A stretch of 64,000 nucleotides of DNA from Selaginella moellendorffii (lineage: Eukaryota; Plantae; Lycopodiophyta): the NCBI RefSeq assembly GCF_000143415.4, contig NW_003314261.1:1812117-1876116 (forward strand), written 5' to 3'. This document shows, piece after piece, positions 25,084 through 38,054 of this stretch. The notes beneath the pieces were generated by a model. It had not been told where the DNA came from. It saw nothing but the letters and a program-made list of their open reading frames with translations, and made no database searches. How positions within the stretch are numbered: the stretch's first letter is position 1; the number at the start of each line of letters is the position of its first letter. Made by a program: the position numbers and the translations under genes.

Positions 25084-26265
25084 TTACTTTTCAAACGGTA
25101 AGACGACCGCCACGAACTCCTTTCCCTCTTCCAGTGCTCCTAAACTCCAGTCCGGCATCTTGGCTAGCAAGTCGAGCACCTCGCTGTGATCCGCAAAGAA
25201 TTGGGTGTCCACGAAGCCATCGGCAGGCCTTGCAGGTAAGGCACTCCAGAAGCCTTCATCATCGCTGGGCCATACACGACGACCATATCTGGAGAAACAC
25301 GCTTCCCTGTCGCCCTTTCTAGCGAGCGAACCGCAAATGGATGGCTTGTGATAAGCCCCACAGCCGCAGGGATAGCACCCATTGCATTCTGCAAGACAAG
25401 AAAACAAGGACAACCGTAAATCCCACTCCACTCTCCAATCATAAGAAGTTAAGAACTCACCTTCATGAGTCTTATCGCAATCTTCTTGTTACGGTGATTG
25501 GAAGACACCACCAGTTGCGTTATCCAGAGGGCTGGGCCGCCTGGTGAAAACCACATTATAGATTTGAATCGAAAGGAGAATCGAGGCAAATACCTGCGAA
25601 GCGAAAGCTTCTGTGGAACACGTAGCCCGCTAGACTCCCGTTCACAGTTGCAAAGGTGAGGCAACAGTCGTCACTGAATAGATGCTCCTTTCGGAGCCTT
25701 TGCACGGTAGTCTTCACCTGATGCCCCACCCTAGCAGCCGGAGCTCCGGGTCCCTAAGTGGCATAGCACGCACAACTCTTGCAGCGTCTCCTCCTGGATG
25801 TCATTTCGCTGGAGCGTGGTAAACTTTATCCCATCTTGATCCTGTGGTCTCGATTAGAAACGAAAGTGGTTCCAACGTATTTACAAGTCACGGGTCACAG
25901 GCCCTTGTCCAGTCGAATTTTCTCCCCAGGCCCAGAGGCAGCCTGTAAGCACTACATCACGATTATCAACATATGCTACAATGTAATATACCTTTGGCTT
26001 CCTTTTCAACCAAGCCTTGATCATTTTGCCGAAGTTCTTTATATTCTTCCGAGCTGACGAACTTAATTCTGCATGCGTAAAAGGCAGCCAAAAAGATGTC
26101 AAAGTGGAAAAGCCAAAACACACCTGGCACAAGTCATCCAACTCCTTTCAGTCTCTCTCGAAACTTCCTACCATCACTGGCTCGCGTATTCCCTCCTGTA
26201 GATGCTGTGAGGTCATGTCAACGCAGCGCAAATGTCAAACAAGAAAAGAAGACACCATACATCAG
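25084..26265 (-). pseudogene. GNAT-like paralogue (copy A), disrupted, with extra upstream small exons
   Basis: YAT*GPGAP..RVGHQVK..LAGYVFHRSF | LWITQLVVSSNHRNKKIAIRLMK | GLITSHPFAVRSLERAT..GVPYL (frameshift ~25222) DTQFFADHSE..WSLGALEEGKEFV. In-frame stop plus frameshift near 25755-25770. Confidence 0.7.
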
Positions 26266-26329
26266 TGATCGAGATATAAGCCCTGTGAGAAAATAAGAAC
26301 GACGGAAGCGAGTTGATAACCTATGAAGA

Positions 26330-26760
26330 ATGATCGATCCAACGACTGGAAATACGACCACACGCACACGCGAATAAATGTTCGATCGACAAACCTGGAT
26401 CGGCCGATTGAGAAATATTTCGAGAGAATTCAAGATCGATGGAAAGAACGCACGGAAGAACAAAGCCGGATCGAGAGAAAGAAGGATCGACCGAAAGAAA
26501 GCCGGAACGGCCGATTGAGAAATATTTTGAGAGAAAGAAGCATTGGCCGAAAGAACACACGGACGGACAAACCCCCGGTTGAGAAATATTTCGAGAGAAA
26601 GAATGATCGGCCGAAAGAACGTATGGACATCGGCACAAAGAAAACATGCAGGGAATGGCCGGAGCTGGTAGAATCGTCGATTTCAAGGAGAAGATGATCG
26701 ATTTCAAGGAGAAGATGATCGATTTCAAGGAGAAGATGATCGATTCAAGGAGAAGAAGCG
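26330..26760. repeat. Tandem repeats: GATCGGCCGATTGAGAAATATTTCGAGAGAA-type units and a 21-bp GATTTCAAGGAGAAGATGATC array
   Basis: The TTGAGAAATATTT(C/T)GAGAGAA core occurs at ~26408, ~26515 and ~26579; the 21-mer is repeated about 3.5 times at 26679-26757. Confidence 0.85.
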
Positions 26761-26939
26761 CGCTCTTCGGCTTCCAGCGCCAAGCCATCTTAGTCCAGAC
26801 ACGTGCAATGAAGAGGGACGGCTGAGATCGCGCTAAGAATATTCGTGAGGGTGAAGGATTCCTGAGATATTCGCTCTAGATTCTGTTAAGCATATTCCTC
26901 TATGTTTAAAATTCGATTGCAGGAAAACGTTAGATAAGC

Positions 26940-29799
26940 CTACCAAGTAGGATCTGGTGAAAACCAAGCCTCGCTACTCCACTCGCGATGATCGTGGCCA
27001 GCGTACTCCACATAGCGCTTCCTGCTGCATCCGCGATCATCTCTGTCGATCACGGTGCTAGAATAGTAGTAATCGCGCTCGGCTCTGTCAAAGTAAATGT
27101 ACCTCTCGTGACGTTCGTCCTTGTATCCAGAATGGTACTCGACCTGCCGTCGCCTCCACAGATCATCCGCAAAAGGATCTCTTTCCCAATTGAGATGATC
27201 TCCTTGCATGCCATCGTCACTCTTCCGCCGATGCCAGTGATCACTTTCCATGTCATTGTCTCTCTTCCGGCGCCTGGAGCCTGGTTGACACCGCCTCTCG
27301 TCGATGGACTCATCTCTTTCTCGCAGAGAATGGCCTCTCTCCCGACGTATGGAACAAAGATGTCGCTCCTCGGTTGAGCACTCTCTTGAGTGACGCTCCA
27401 CCTCAGTTGAGCACTCTCTTTCCCGCCGCATAGAGTGACGCTGCATCTTGCCGAAAGAACGATCTCTTTCCCCCTCAGTTGAGCACTCTCGCCGCATAGA
27501 GTGACGCTGCATCTCGCCGAAAGAACGCTCTCCTTCCCAACGAGCGGACTCCAGCCGCCTGCGGTCGATAGTAGGATGTTCTCTGGAGCTCGAGTATCCC
27601 TCCTGCTTTGGACTTGCTCCATGACCACTACGGTTTCTCTCCGTTTGTCCCTGCTGCCTAAAGCTCAAATCCTTCTTACGCGCAAAGCTGAGAGCTGTAC
27701 CACCAAGTTTGATAGGATGCTCCAGCGCAAGCACCGCTTCCGTAGCAGCAACCGAGTAGAAGTTGATGAAGGCTTTGTCGCCCGTCGGAAAAAACTTCTT
27801 CAGCAGCTCCTTGCCGTATTCTCTGACCGAGCTGTTCGATGCAAACGTCCTGTCCAGCAACTCGCACAAAGCTCCCTTGACTAAATCTCCTGGAAGCTTG
27901 GGAAGGCCGGACACTCTGATTGCATCCGTCTTCTCGTCGTTCACAACGCCACTGGTTTTATTTACAGCACCCGGTCGGCAGTAATCGGCGTGTCGGAAGA
28001 TTCGAAGCGGCAAGCCTCCGAGAAGGAACTTGTCCGGCTCGTCAACGTAGACGTCCATGATGGCATCCGCGGCAGCCTCGGAGCTGCAGTGCACAACAGC
28101 GTTGGGCCACCGGGAGATACAAACCTTGCAGCTCTCGTCCGGTTTGATCTCTCGGAGGAGGCACTGGAAGAACATTTCCACGCTTCCAATATCATCTTCT
28201 GCGAGCAGATTGACCACCATTAGTTTCACGTTCGATAGTCTTGCGAGTGTTCTGTAAGACTTCGGTCTCTCCAGGCGAGTAGCGTGAGTGCTCGTCTTGT
28301 CGAGCGACTCCAGCGTGAGTTCTCCAGTGTTAGTCCGACCATTGCAGTCCTTGGCGGAAAACGTTTTGCTTTCTTGAGGAAGTCCTTCAGCAGTCCCGAG
28401 TTGAGGAGTAACATTATCGGACCCGGGAGAACATACGATCTCAACTTTATCTCTCGGCGCTGTGTTGCTGCGACAGAGGAAGGAACCCATGGAGATGGAG
28501 TCCAGAGACCTGTTTTTACCACACCTGTAGAATATCAAATCTGCCGCGACCTCCGACCCCATACCCAAAAGTGCATCCGTCCCCTCGGGAGAAATATCCA
28601 TCGACTCGATGATCTCGCCAACTTCCTCTTCCGGCAAGATTTTCTTGAAGTGTTGCTTGAGGGTATTCTCCGTCCAGTCTTTGCTCGGTCCCCGAAAGTA
28701 TACGAGCAAATCTCCGCATCTCTGAGACACAAAGTCCATGGAGAGAATTTCCATAGGCGAGTAAAGCCTTCGAATATCGAGCTCCTTCTCCTTGACGTAA
28801 GGCGGGCTCAACATGCAAGCCTCGAAGAAGAGCTCAGCCACCACCCCTGATACGAACTTAAACTTTGCAGCATTCCCGTCGCGCGAAACCATGACGAGCT
28901 CAGCCTCTTCCGGAACAGCCTCAAATCTGCCATGAACCAGTGCCTTTAGATCCGATAGCTCGCAGCTCTCTGGAACATCTTCGGCAACTATCTTCCACTC
29001 GTAAGCTTGACGAATCGGAACTGGTGGTGGAAATCCTGGTGGAAAGCCAGTATCACAAGACTCCTGTTCCATATCACAAGTATCCTCGAGCTCTTTCAGC
29101 TCTTGAAACTCCTGTAAGCCCCCAAGATCCCGTAAGTCCCCGAGCTCCAGCAACTCCTCATCCTGTAGCATAGAAGTTGACGCAAAGTTTGCAAAGCTTT
29201 CCTGCCCGTCTTTGTGATGCTCTTCGGCAGAAGTCGAAGGCAAAGCGAGCATGGGAATGTTCTCCTGGACGTTCCTGTGCGCTTGATGCGAGGCGTCCAA
29301 GTTTTCAGCATCCTGCTCGGCCTCCTCCTCGCCCAGCCGTGGCTTGAATCGAGAGCATCTCGTCAAAGGAGCAACTCGCTTCCTCTTTTTCCCGATTCGA
29401 GTCAGCGGCCAGGACGCTTGTTGCAAGAGTGGTCTCGGAGCAGCGACACGCGCCACCTTGTTCTCGACGCACCTCTTCAAAAGGAGAACCTCACGTATCA
29501 CAGGCTTGTAGCCCCTGGCTTGGATCGTTTCTAGGTTTCCCTGGTATTCCTACGAAGAAAGAAAAGAAAGAGAGCTAGACGTGAAAAACGAAGACAAAGA
29601 AGAAGAGACGAACCTCTAGAGCCCTGGCAGCGCCAAGCCGGACACTTTCCTCGTCAAACAAACTCTTTATCGGCTCTCCGGGGGCGATGGCATACTTCCG
29701 CCTGAACGCCGCCTCGTTGAGCTCCATTCCCCTAAAGATCCTCGCTATGCGATCGATTTGCTCCATCCCTACGAAATCCGGCAGCTTTACGACCCACAT
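26940..29799 (-). CDS. Uncharacterised protein with ~4 degenerate RRM-like domains and an Arg/Glu/Ser-rich repetitive C-terminus; intron 29550-29613
   Basis: An 853-codon exon is joined in frame to upstream exon MWVVKLPDF. RRM-like segments include AIRVSGLP..DKAFINFYSVAATEAVLALE..IKLGGTALSFAR and KLMVVNL..AVVHCSSEAAADA..LGGLPLRIFRHADY. Confidence 0.7.
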
Positions 29800-32700
29800 T
29801 TCCTTGCGTGCGCGAACTTACCCCGGGCAAGCATCTCATCGCCGCGATCGCGAGAAAGAACGCGAGCTCCACCTGGGTGGAAAGGCGGCAACCCTAAACT
29901 AGCAACGCTAGTTCCGTACGCTCGTACTATTTTAAATTTTGGACAGCTCCGCGCCATATTTTCGTTAGACCCTTTTAAATCGCTTTCACGCATTTTCTGA
30001 CCAACTAGCCGTGATAGCAAATTACGTTTAGAGATACTACCCATGCATATACGCCAGTTTGACCGAGAAATCCTCGTGATATACGCTGTATGGCATAGCT
30101 ATCAATGGATCGATCAATAGCCAGTGTCGTATAGACGTACGCCGAGGGCGTGGTCTATTCCTTTGATCCCAAGATCATTCTTACTTATTGACATGGTTTT
30201 TACTCCATGCAAGAGGGGTCACTTTTCCAGATTCAATGTGATTGCCCAAGACAAGCTATGAATGTTCCTGGCTGTTCGTTAGTTTTTCGCCGTGAAATCC
30301 TATAAGAGCTTTCTCCTTTTCTTGACTAGCAGTACAGATTATACACTGTCAGTTTGAAAAATCTGTATATATATGTTTATAAAATACAAACAGAACAGGG
30401 TCCTTGAAACTTTGATATCTTTTTTTTTGTGGCCTCTTTTTTCCTGTATGTGTTTGAAGAGTGCTGGTGGAGTGAATTGAGTGGAGCAGTCATCTTTTTT
30501 GAAGGGGTCAGAAATAGCGACACAGACAACTCTTTTATGGGTGGTGTCCAAACACTTCTTCAGTAGAGGAGCAAGAGTTTTCTTTCATGACAGCTTCGCT
30601 CCAAGTATATATACATAAAATATTTCAGGAATTTATATGATATAATCTGTGGATGGATCGTTCGTCGGTGTTTGCTGCGTGAAGACCAAAAGAGGAGAAA
30701 TTAGCTGTGCGTTTGTGTAAGGGGATGTGACACTTTGGTTGGGTGTTTTTGGTCGTGGGCCGGTCTTTGAAAGCCTTGCAGTGCTCGCAGCTCTGATATA
30801 TCCTGTTGAGATGTTGAGCTGTTTGGAGCCTGTGTGTCGCGTTACGGACATTGAAGCTAGAGCTCTTCCATTCCATAGAAAATCCGGCTAAGCGCGTTCA
30901 CAGTAGTCTCCATAATGCTGTTTGACAAAACGTATCATCGTTAAAGAAATCAACTATATGATTCCTGATTTCAAAGGTTTCTGGACCTGGATTTGACTGA
31001 AGAGTCAAAAAGTAGTGCGTTTTCCCTGGAAGATAAATAGCCAGACTACCGACCTTTCTGCAGCGAAACAGAGCGATGGTGCTATAAAATGTGGGGAACC
31101 CAGAGGTTGACAGCGGCCAGATTGATCCTGGCGTACGATCTCTGTGTACGAGCATCACCCCCATGTTTCCTTGAACAGCAGCAGCAAAACAAAGTCGCAT
31201 TCTCGCCACTATGAAACAAGTATCTTGTGGTGGTGCATGATCACGAATCCTTAAGTTTTGGTTTAGTGGAATCTCTCAAGGATTTGATTATTCCGTGCAA
31301 CCGGGCGTACCACAGATCCTGGAATTGCTCCATGATTACTGTGGGTGGTGGTGGCCTCATTAAAAACAAGACTTTGGATGTTTTCACTTCAAGCTCTGGC
31401 TCCAAAGTTGACAACGAGTTTGTTGTTTGTTGTCTGCACGGCAGGGCAGCAGGACATTCCACTTTGCTGCGACGCTGGAGGCTCGCAAAAGGGCCCGAAT
31501 ATTCGCCTGCCACCTTGTTTCAAGGGCTTTGCTTTTGCGTTGTTGTTTATCGAGAAAGGGGGGATCAATCCCTTTGTCGGAGCGCAATGATTATCAACAC
31601 ATGATCAGTAGCATTATTCAACATTTGTGGTGCACATGGAAAATAAAAGAGAGTAAAAACTGAGTTAGAAAACCAAAATGCATGCAACAAAGAGCAAATG
31701 CTTGCTGGCTCGCCCCTTGTTTCAAGTACAAGCAGTTGCCCTAGTTTCTCATGTTTACTATTAATTTTGCCTTAGAGGATTACTATAAGTAGATGACCAT
31801 TTCTTTTACTCCTACTCTGAAAATGGAAAGGTGGCCTAGGTTGAATTGCGCGGGATTCTCGCCACCCGGCAAAATCTAGTCACGCTGGCCTAGATTCGCC
31901 GTGCTTGATGATAACCATGCATCGGAATGCCCATGCTAATTCCATCACTAACAATGATTATGTTCGCATTAGCAACTTATCTAGAAGACGAGGTTGGTAG
32001 GGGCACAACATTAAATGAGTTCGTGATTTGTCAACCTCTCAAGAAAGAGCATTGCACAAATGCTTTTCACGTTTCGGTTCATATTAAGTTGTCATGGTAG
32101 ATAGAGATATTGTTTAGTCATGGGATTAGACAATGGATTTTCTAGCAATTAACACAACTATTTGTTCTTAGCACAAGGAAAGAATGGAGATGTTGATAGT
32201 TTTAAAAGAGAGAGGCCATGTGCATGTGGTTCATGACTATGATCATGAGGTATCGGTCAAAGAGCAATAGGTTACAACACGGAGAGTGAAAACAAAATGA
32301 AGAACTTTCAGCCACACATCAATTTCTACCAACTGGATTTTGCATTTCCACTGAAGACGCAGAAGTGAGAACTGGCATATGGATGGTCATTTGAGCTGGC
32401 AGAAAGTATGAATATGCCTTGGATGCTTCTGTGCCTCTAGAGCTCTATGATGCTCAAGTTGATGATGATGATGGTGAATGATGGTGGAGTGGATTTGGAG
32501 AGGGGTTGAGATAACTGACTTGACTGGTGGTGGTGCTCTGGTTCCTTCTGCTGTTGTGGTGATGGTGTTGTTGTTGGATGGCTGGCTGGAGCTCTCTCCT
32601 TTGAGCTCTTTTAGTCCCTTTCAGCTATCTACTTAAAAAACTTTAAATAAATTCTTACAGGGACAGGGCTGAACATTCAGCTACTTACCTAGGTAGTGAG

Positions 32701-33898
32701 GATAGTAAAATGGGGGGGAGGGATTTCTCACAGCCTGGGCCTATCTATCCCTTCTCTTGATCAATCAGAAGCTGCATTTGAAAATCCTCATTTCACGATC
32801 ATTCCCAATCCAATCTTCCAGGAAGAGTGCTAGCCAGTTGTGTGAGAACAAGCTCCCCCCTCTTCTTTCTTCCCTTTCCAGCACACACTTGATATGGGAA
32901 GATGGGATCCAGGCTTGGTGGTGCAGCAGGGAGGGGAGGAGCTAAAGCAAAAGAGGGGTATGCTCAGGTGGAGGAACAGAGCACACTGAGAAGCACAAAC
33001 CTTGAGGGGAAGGGGCGGCAGCTGGAGCAGCAGCAGTGGTGGTGTCTTTTCGTTTTCTCCTTGCTTGACATTTATATTTTTTTGTTTTCTTGCTTCTCCT
33101 TGCCCAGGGAAGTGCTTGATGATTTTTGTATGAAAACAGCAAAGATGGCAGTGGTGGGCAGGCCTTTTGTAGTACCATGGACACACACTGTGGTGGTGGA
33201 GGTGGTGGTGGTGGTGGACTGCATTTCTAGAGTAGTATAGTTGTTGGCATCTCCTTGTTCTTCTCCTTTTGTTCTTGTTCTTTCTCCTTTCTCTCATTCA
33301 TTAGGTGCACCAATAAGCAAAGCCAAAGGCCGTTCAAAGGAAAAGAATCAAAAAGGAGAAGAGGGAAGGAGAAGCGGAAGTGTCAAACCTTGCACACACA
33401 CTGGTTTTTATTTTCCCTGGGCATAGTTTTTTTCTTGAGTCTTTATATTGCTTTTCGCGGCTGCTGCTGCTGCTGCTGCTGATGGATGGCTTGCTGGCTG
33501 GCCGGGAAATGGTTTTGGGTTCGTTGGGCTGCTGCTGGTGATCTATCAATTCCGCTGCTATCTCAAGAACAGAACCGAAAAAGCCAACACCAGCCACTTG
33601 ATTGATGATTGGGAAGAAGAAGAAGCACAAGAAGAGACAACACGCATTCATTTCTCAAATGATTCTTCTCCTGTGGGTTGGATTCAAGGGATTCAGCTGG
33701 AAGATCAGCATCATCATTGATTCATGTGGGTGGGATCGTGAAAGCAAGGGGAAATTGGATTTGTGGCATGGTCAGCCTCCCCTCAACGCAAATGCTCCAT
33801 AGGTAGCAGCAGCAGTAGTACACACTCAAAAAGTCAGTAGCATCACTAGGATCAGCAAAAGCATTCTTTTGGTGGGGTGGGGTGGGGAGGACTTATGC

Positions 33899-35201
33899 AT
33901 GGCTGATCAAGGCACCGCCAGTGCAATTGTCCCACTTGTGGTTGCAGCAGCATCATCGTCCTCAGCAGGATTGACATCACCAGCATCAGGGGCAGCAGCA
34001 GCAGCAACGCCACCGCCGCCGCCAACACTTGAGATCGAACAACAGCAGCCGCAACAGCAGCAGCAGCAGCAGCAGCAACTCGAGGCCTTGGACAGCAGCC
34101 GGGGTGGAGGCGGGGGAAGCCGGGAATACAGGAAGGGCAACTGGACGCTCCAGGAGACGATGATCCTCATCCAGGCCAAGAAGATGGACGACGAGAGGCG
34201 GCTCAAGGGCGGGGACAAGGAGAAAGGCAAATCGGCCGAGTTCCGGTGGAAATGGGTGGAGAACTTCTGCTGGAGGAAAGGGTGCCAGCGCAGCCAGAAC
34301 CAGTGCAACGACAAGTGGGACAATCTTCTCCGGGACTACAAGAAGGTGAGGGAGTTTGAGTCCAAAGTGATGGCCGGATCATCCTCTTCGGCTGCTGCTG
34401 CTGCTGCTGCTGGGGCTGCTCCCGTGGTGAATCAAAAGAGCTACTGGCAGCTGGAGAAGCACGAGAGGAAAGAGCGAGGGCTGCCGTCAAACATGATCAT
34501 CCAGGTTTACGAGGCCCTTCACGAAGTTGTGGACAAGAGACCACGGCCTCTGCTGCAGCAGCAGGCTCAGGCTCAGGTTCAGGTTCAGCAGCAGGTTCAG
34601 CAGCCGTTCCCGCAGCAGATTCCCCTTCACCCCCAACAACAACAGCAACAAATCCATCAACTCCACCAACACCAGCAACATCACCATCAACAACAACATA
34701 TTTTTTCTCAAGTTCACTTGCCTGGACCAAGTAGTGCTGCTGCTGGAGTTCCACTCCAACAAGCTACAGGTATCTCTTTTTGCATCTTATGCTTTTTGCT
34801 TGGAATTTTCTTTGCATGATGAACGCTAAACATTGTTTGACCTCCACCACTTTGGTTTTCTTCTTTTCCCTCCTCCAGAGGTTTCGAAGAGCACCGAGAG
34901 CGAAGGCAGCGAAATGGAGCGATCGCCGTCGGGGAAGCGTCGCAAAGTTTCCCGAGAACAAGGCTTGGCCCCGACGGTGTCAAAGAGCGCCTACGAGCTC
35001 TCGCAAACGCTGCTAGCCTGCGAAGAGAAAAAGGATAAGCGTCACAGGGACTTGCTTGGACTCGAGGAACGCAAGCTCGGCTTGGAAGAGGCCAAGACCG
35101 AGATCAGCCGCCAAGGCATGGAAGGACTCATCGCGGCCGTCAACAATCTCGCCAATGCGATCCTCACGCTCGTCTCAGATCGACAGCAACCTCCAGGCTG
35201 A
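33899..35201 (+). CDS. Trihelix (Myb/SANT-like) transcription factor, ASR3/SH4-like; intron 34770-34878
   Basis: REYRKGNWTLQETMILIQAKKMDDERR..RWKWVENFCWRKGCQRSQNQCNDKWDNLLRDYKKVREFE..SYWQLEKHERKE; C-terminal coiled coil; polyQ/polyA tracts. Confidence 0.93.
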
Positions 35202-35614
35202 CTGCTCTAATCTCGTTTCCTTCTTTCTTTCTTGTTGATTATTTTTCCCTGACCACCGGCCGCCACTCGAAGATTAATTTTTTCTTTTTCTTTTCCGTGA
35301 TTTTTTTCCCTGAAATTTTTTTCTCAGCCTGTCGGCTGAACTGCTGTATCTTTAACCGTTTTCCTTTAATTTCTTCCGCATTGTTCCTCTGTAAGATCTG
35401 AAAAAAAAAGAGAGACGAGGTTACATCCTCTCGATGGTTACCACTGTTTTTTGCTTCATAACTACGTGAAAAAAGTGCCCACCAACGAGATGTTACTATC
35501 AGACCAAGGTACACATGATGAGTATGACTGCCTTCGATTGAGCAGCATTCCTGGAAAAAAAGAGAGAAGGAATTGACGGATGTCTACTCCTCTAGACTGA
35601 GGGAGAATAGTACC

Positions 35615-37645
35615 TCACACGTTGAAACGAAAGAGCATCACGTCGCCTTCCTGTACAACGTAGTCTTTGCCTTCTGATCTTAGCTGTGCAATTAGCACAA
35701 TGAAAATTCAGCGGGTCAGAACTGTGGCAAAAAGAAAAAGCAAGCAAGGCTCACCAGTCCCTTCTCTCTCGCGGCCTGTAGCGAGCCAACCGATACGAAA
35801 TCTTTGTAGGCAACCTGCACGGGAGAACGCAAAACTTCAAGATTTGAGGAAACGAATCCTTTCCTCCATATTACCGTCTCAGCTCTTATGAATCCACGCT
35901 CAAAATCCGAATGTATTACGCCCGCTGCTTGGGGCGCAGTCATGCCTGTGATGTGTCAATGACGAGCTCTCCACTCACCGTCTTGTTAAGCAAAAAAGCC
36001 TGTCAAAAGTACCTGACTTGATCGTCCATGCCTTGGTCTCCTGCATATCAGTGTGAGAAGGTTTAGGATTCGTTCGTATACCACTAGCACATGAACCTTT
36101 TCTCCGGTGGTGAAGTACGTCCGTAACCCCAGAAGGCTGTAAGTTGCTTTGACAAGAGATCCAAGTCCACCTTCAGCTGCTCCAAGTGACTCCAAAAACT
36201 CTTTCCTCTCCTTGGCATCAAGTTCCGCAAGCTCCGATTCTACCTGAAAGGCAAAGAAAATATCAGAGCCTAAAAAATGGAATACGAAAGACGTACACAC
36301 GAAAACAATGAAATAATGCATACACAATTCCATGAGGAGGAGAGAATTACTTGAGCAGAAACAACCACTGCTTCGGAGCCGAGATCAGCAGCTGTCTTCA
36401 CAACCCTCTGAACGTACTCGTTTTTAGAAGGGTCTCCGAGGTCTGTCTCAGCTACGTTGGCAGCATATATAACGGGTTTCATCGTGAGTAGACACAACTG
36501 TTGGACTTGTTTCCTCTCATCGTTGGAAAGGTCGACGGTTCTTGCGGCCTTTCCAGCCAGTAAAGCCTCGTTTATCCTCTCTAGTGCAGCAGCTTCCATA
36601 TCTTCCTGAAAAACCGCGTTATCCTTCATAGGATTGTCTTACCCATGCGAACCTTGGCTTTGGTTTGTGGATCTTTAGCTCTCCCCTTTTTAAGCTTCTC
36701 CAATCTTTTCTCGATCTGGACGAGAAAATCTCATTTAGATGACAACAAAACTTGCAACTTGAGGTTAGACCTGTGCGATATCAGAAAATGCAAGCTCCAA
36801 GTTGATAATGTCAATGTCTGCCTCCGGATCAACTTTACCATTGACATGGAGGATGTCCGAGTCGTCGAAACACCTCACAACCTGCCGAAAGCACACAGTG
36901 AAAGGGAAATGAAGAGAAAAAAGAGAAACAATATTTAAGAGCGAAAAAAAGAAAATGGAGAAAGGAAACTTACCTGGACAATCGAGTCAACTTCACGTAT
37001 GTGCTGAAGAAACTTGTTACCAAGGCCCTACACGATCACACAATGGATAGTTATTGAACTGGTTGTTTGTGTCACTGGAAAGTGGAAGAAAAAAAACTCT
37101 TACCTCACCTTTACTCGCACCTTTGACGAGCCCAGCAATGTCCACAAACTCCATGCTAGCGGGCACAGTTTGCTTGGAGCTACTTATATCGGTGAGCACG
37201 CTCAAGCGAGTATCTGGAACTGCCACAATTCCAACATTCGGTTCAATCGTGCAGAAGGGAAAATTCGCTGCCTGAGCTTTGGCATTCTCTACCTACAAAA
37301 ACAAAGAGAAGAAATCCAAGATATAGCTAGCACTAGGCAAGTAAGAAACAAAAACAAGAAGAAACCACCAGCCTAGACACATTTTAAGTTCTGCTTACGT
37401 ACCAGAGCATTGAAGAGCGTGGATTTGCCGACATTAGGGAGCCCTACGATGCCGGAGCGCAAGCTCATGCTGATCTTGGAGGACATTCCTCGCCGGAACA
37501 GCCATAGGGCGTGCTGGCGCGGGAAAAGCCCCACATTGCCACCAATTCCTGGAGAAATCCATAGCGACACCGATGCCGATGTCAGGGACGAGGAGGAAGA
37601 CGCGGCGGAGGAGAAGAATGCCCTAGCGCCAACTAATCTAGGCAT
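35615..37645 (-). CDS. YchF: Organelle-targeted YchF/OLA1 Obg-like ATPase, multi-exon
   Basis: Ser/Ala-rich transit peptide, [88 protein letters not shown]. Confidence 0.95.
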
Positions 37646-38054
37646 CGTCTCCCTCCCGCTCTCCAGAAGAAAACCTTGGGGGTTTATCTCTATCCCCAGG
37701 TCGAGGGTTCGAATCCCGGGAACGCCAACCACGAGGTGGTTTGTGTTCGAATCCGGGGAACGCCGCTTTAAGAAACCTCATTGTTTTAAAATCCCAAAGC
37801 CTGGTATCTCTGGAACAAGGAAATTATTCTACCATGTGGAAGCGTCAAATTTTTCAACTCGTTGTCACAGTGGTGTTGATCGATCCTCGTGAAATGAAGA
37901 GCTTGTGAGACTTACACTGGAAATATTTTTTTCATAGACGTCTGTAAGAACTGTACACAGGATTTTAGCACTGGATGCTCGATTTGTATCGTTCTGTGGA
38001 GAGCAAAAAAAAAAGGAAAAAAGTAGTGTGTTGATCTGACCTCTCCCTGAAAGT

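Noticed and set aside
26330-26760. CRISPR-like appearance of spaced repeats
   Set aside because: Eukaryotic context, degenerate repeats with related spacers and no cas genes; ordinary tandem repeats.
30339-31663. Several 70-125-aa ORFs, including an in-frame pair (31209-30625) split by one TGA
   Set aside because: No recognisable motif in any frame and no consistent splice structure.
32580-32690. Possible miRNA precursor (GAGCTCT.../ACAGGGACAGGGCTGAACAT)
   Set aside because: No complementary arm or exact match to a conserved mature miRNA.
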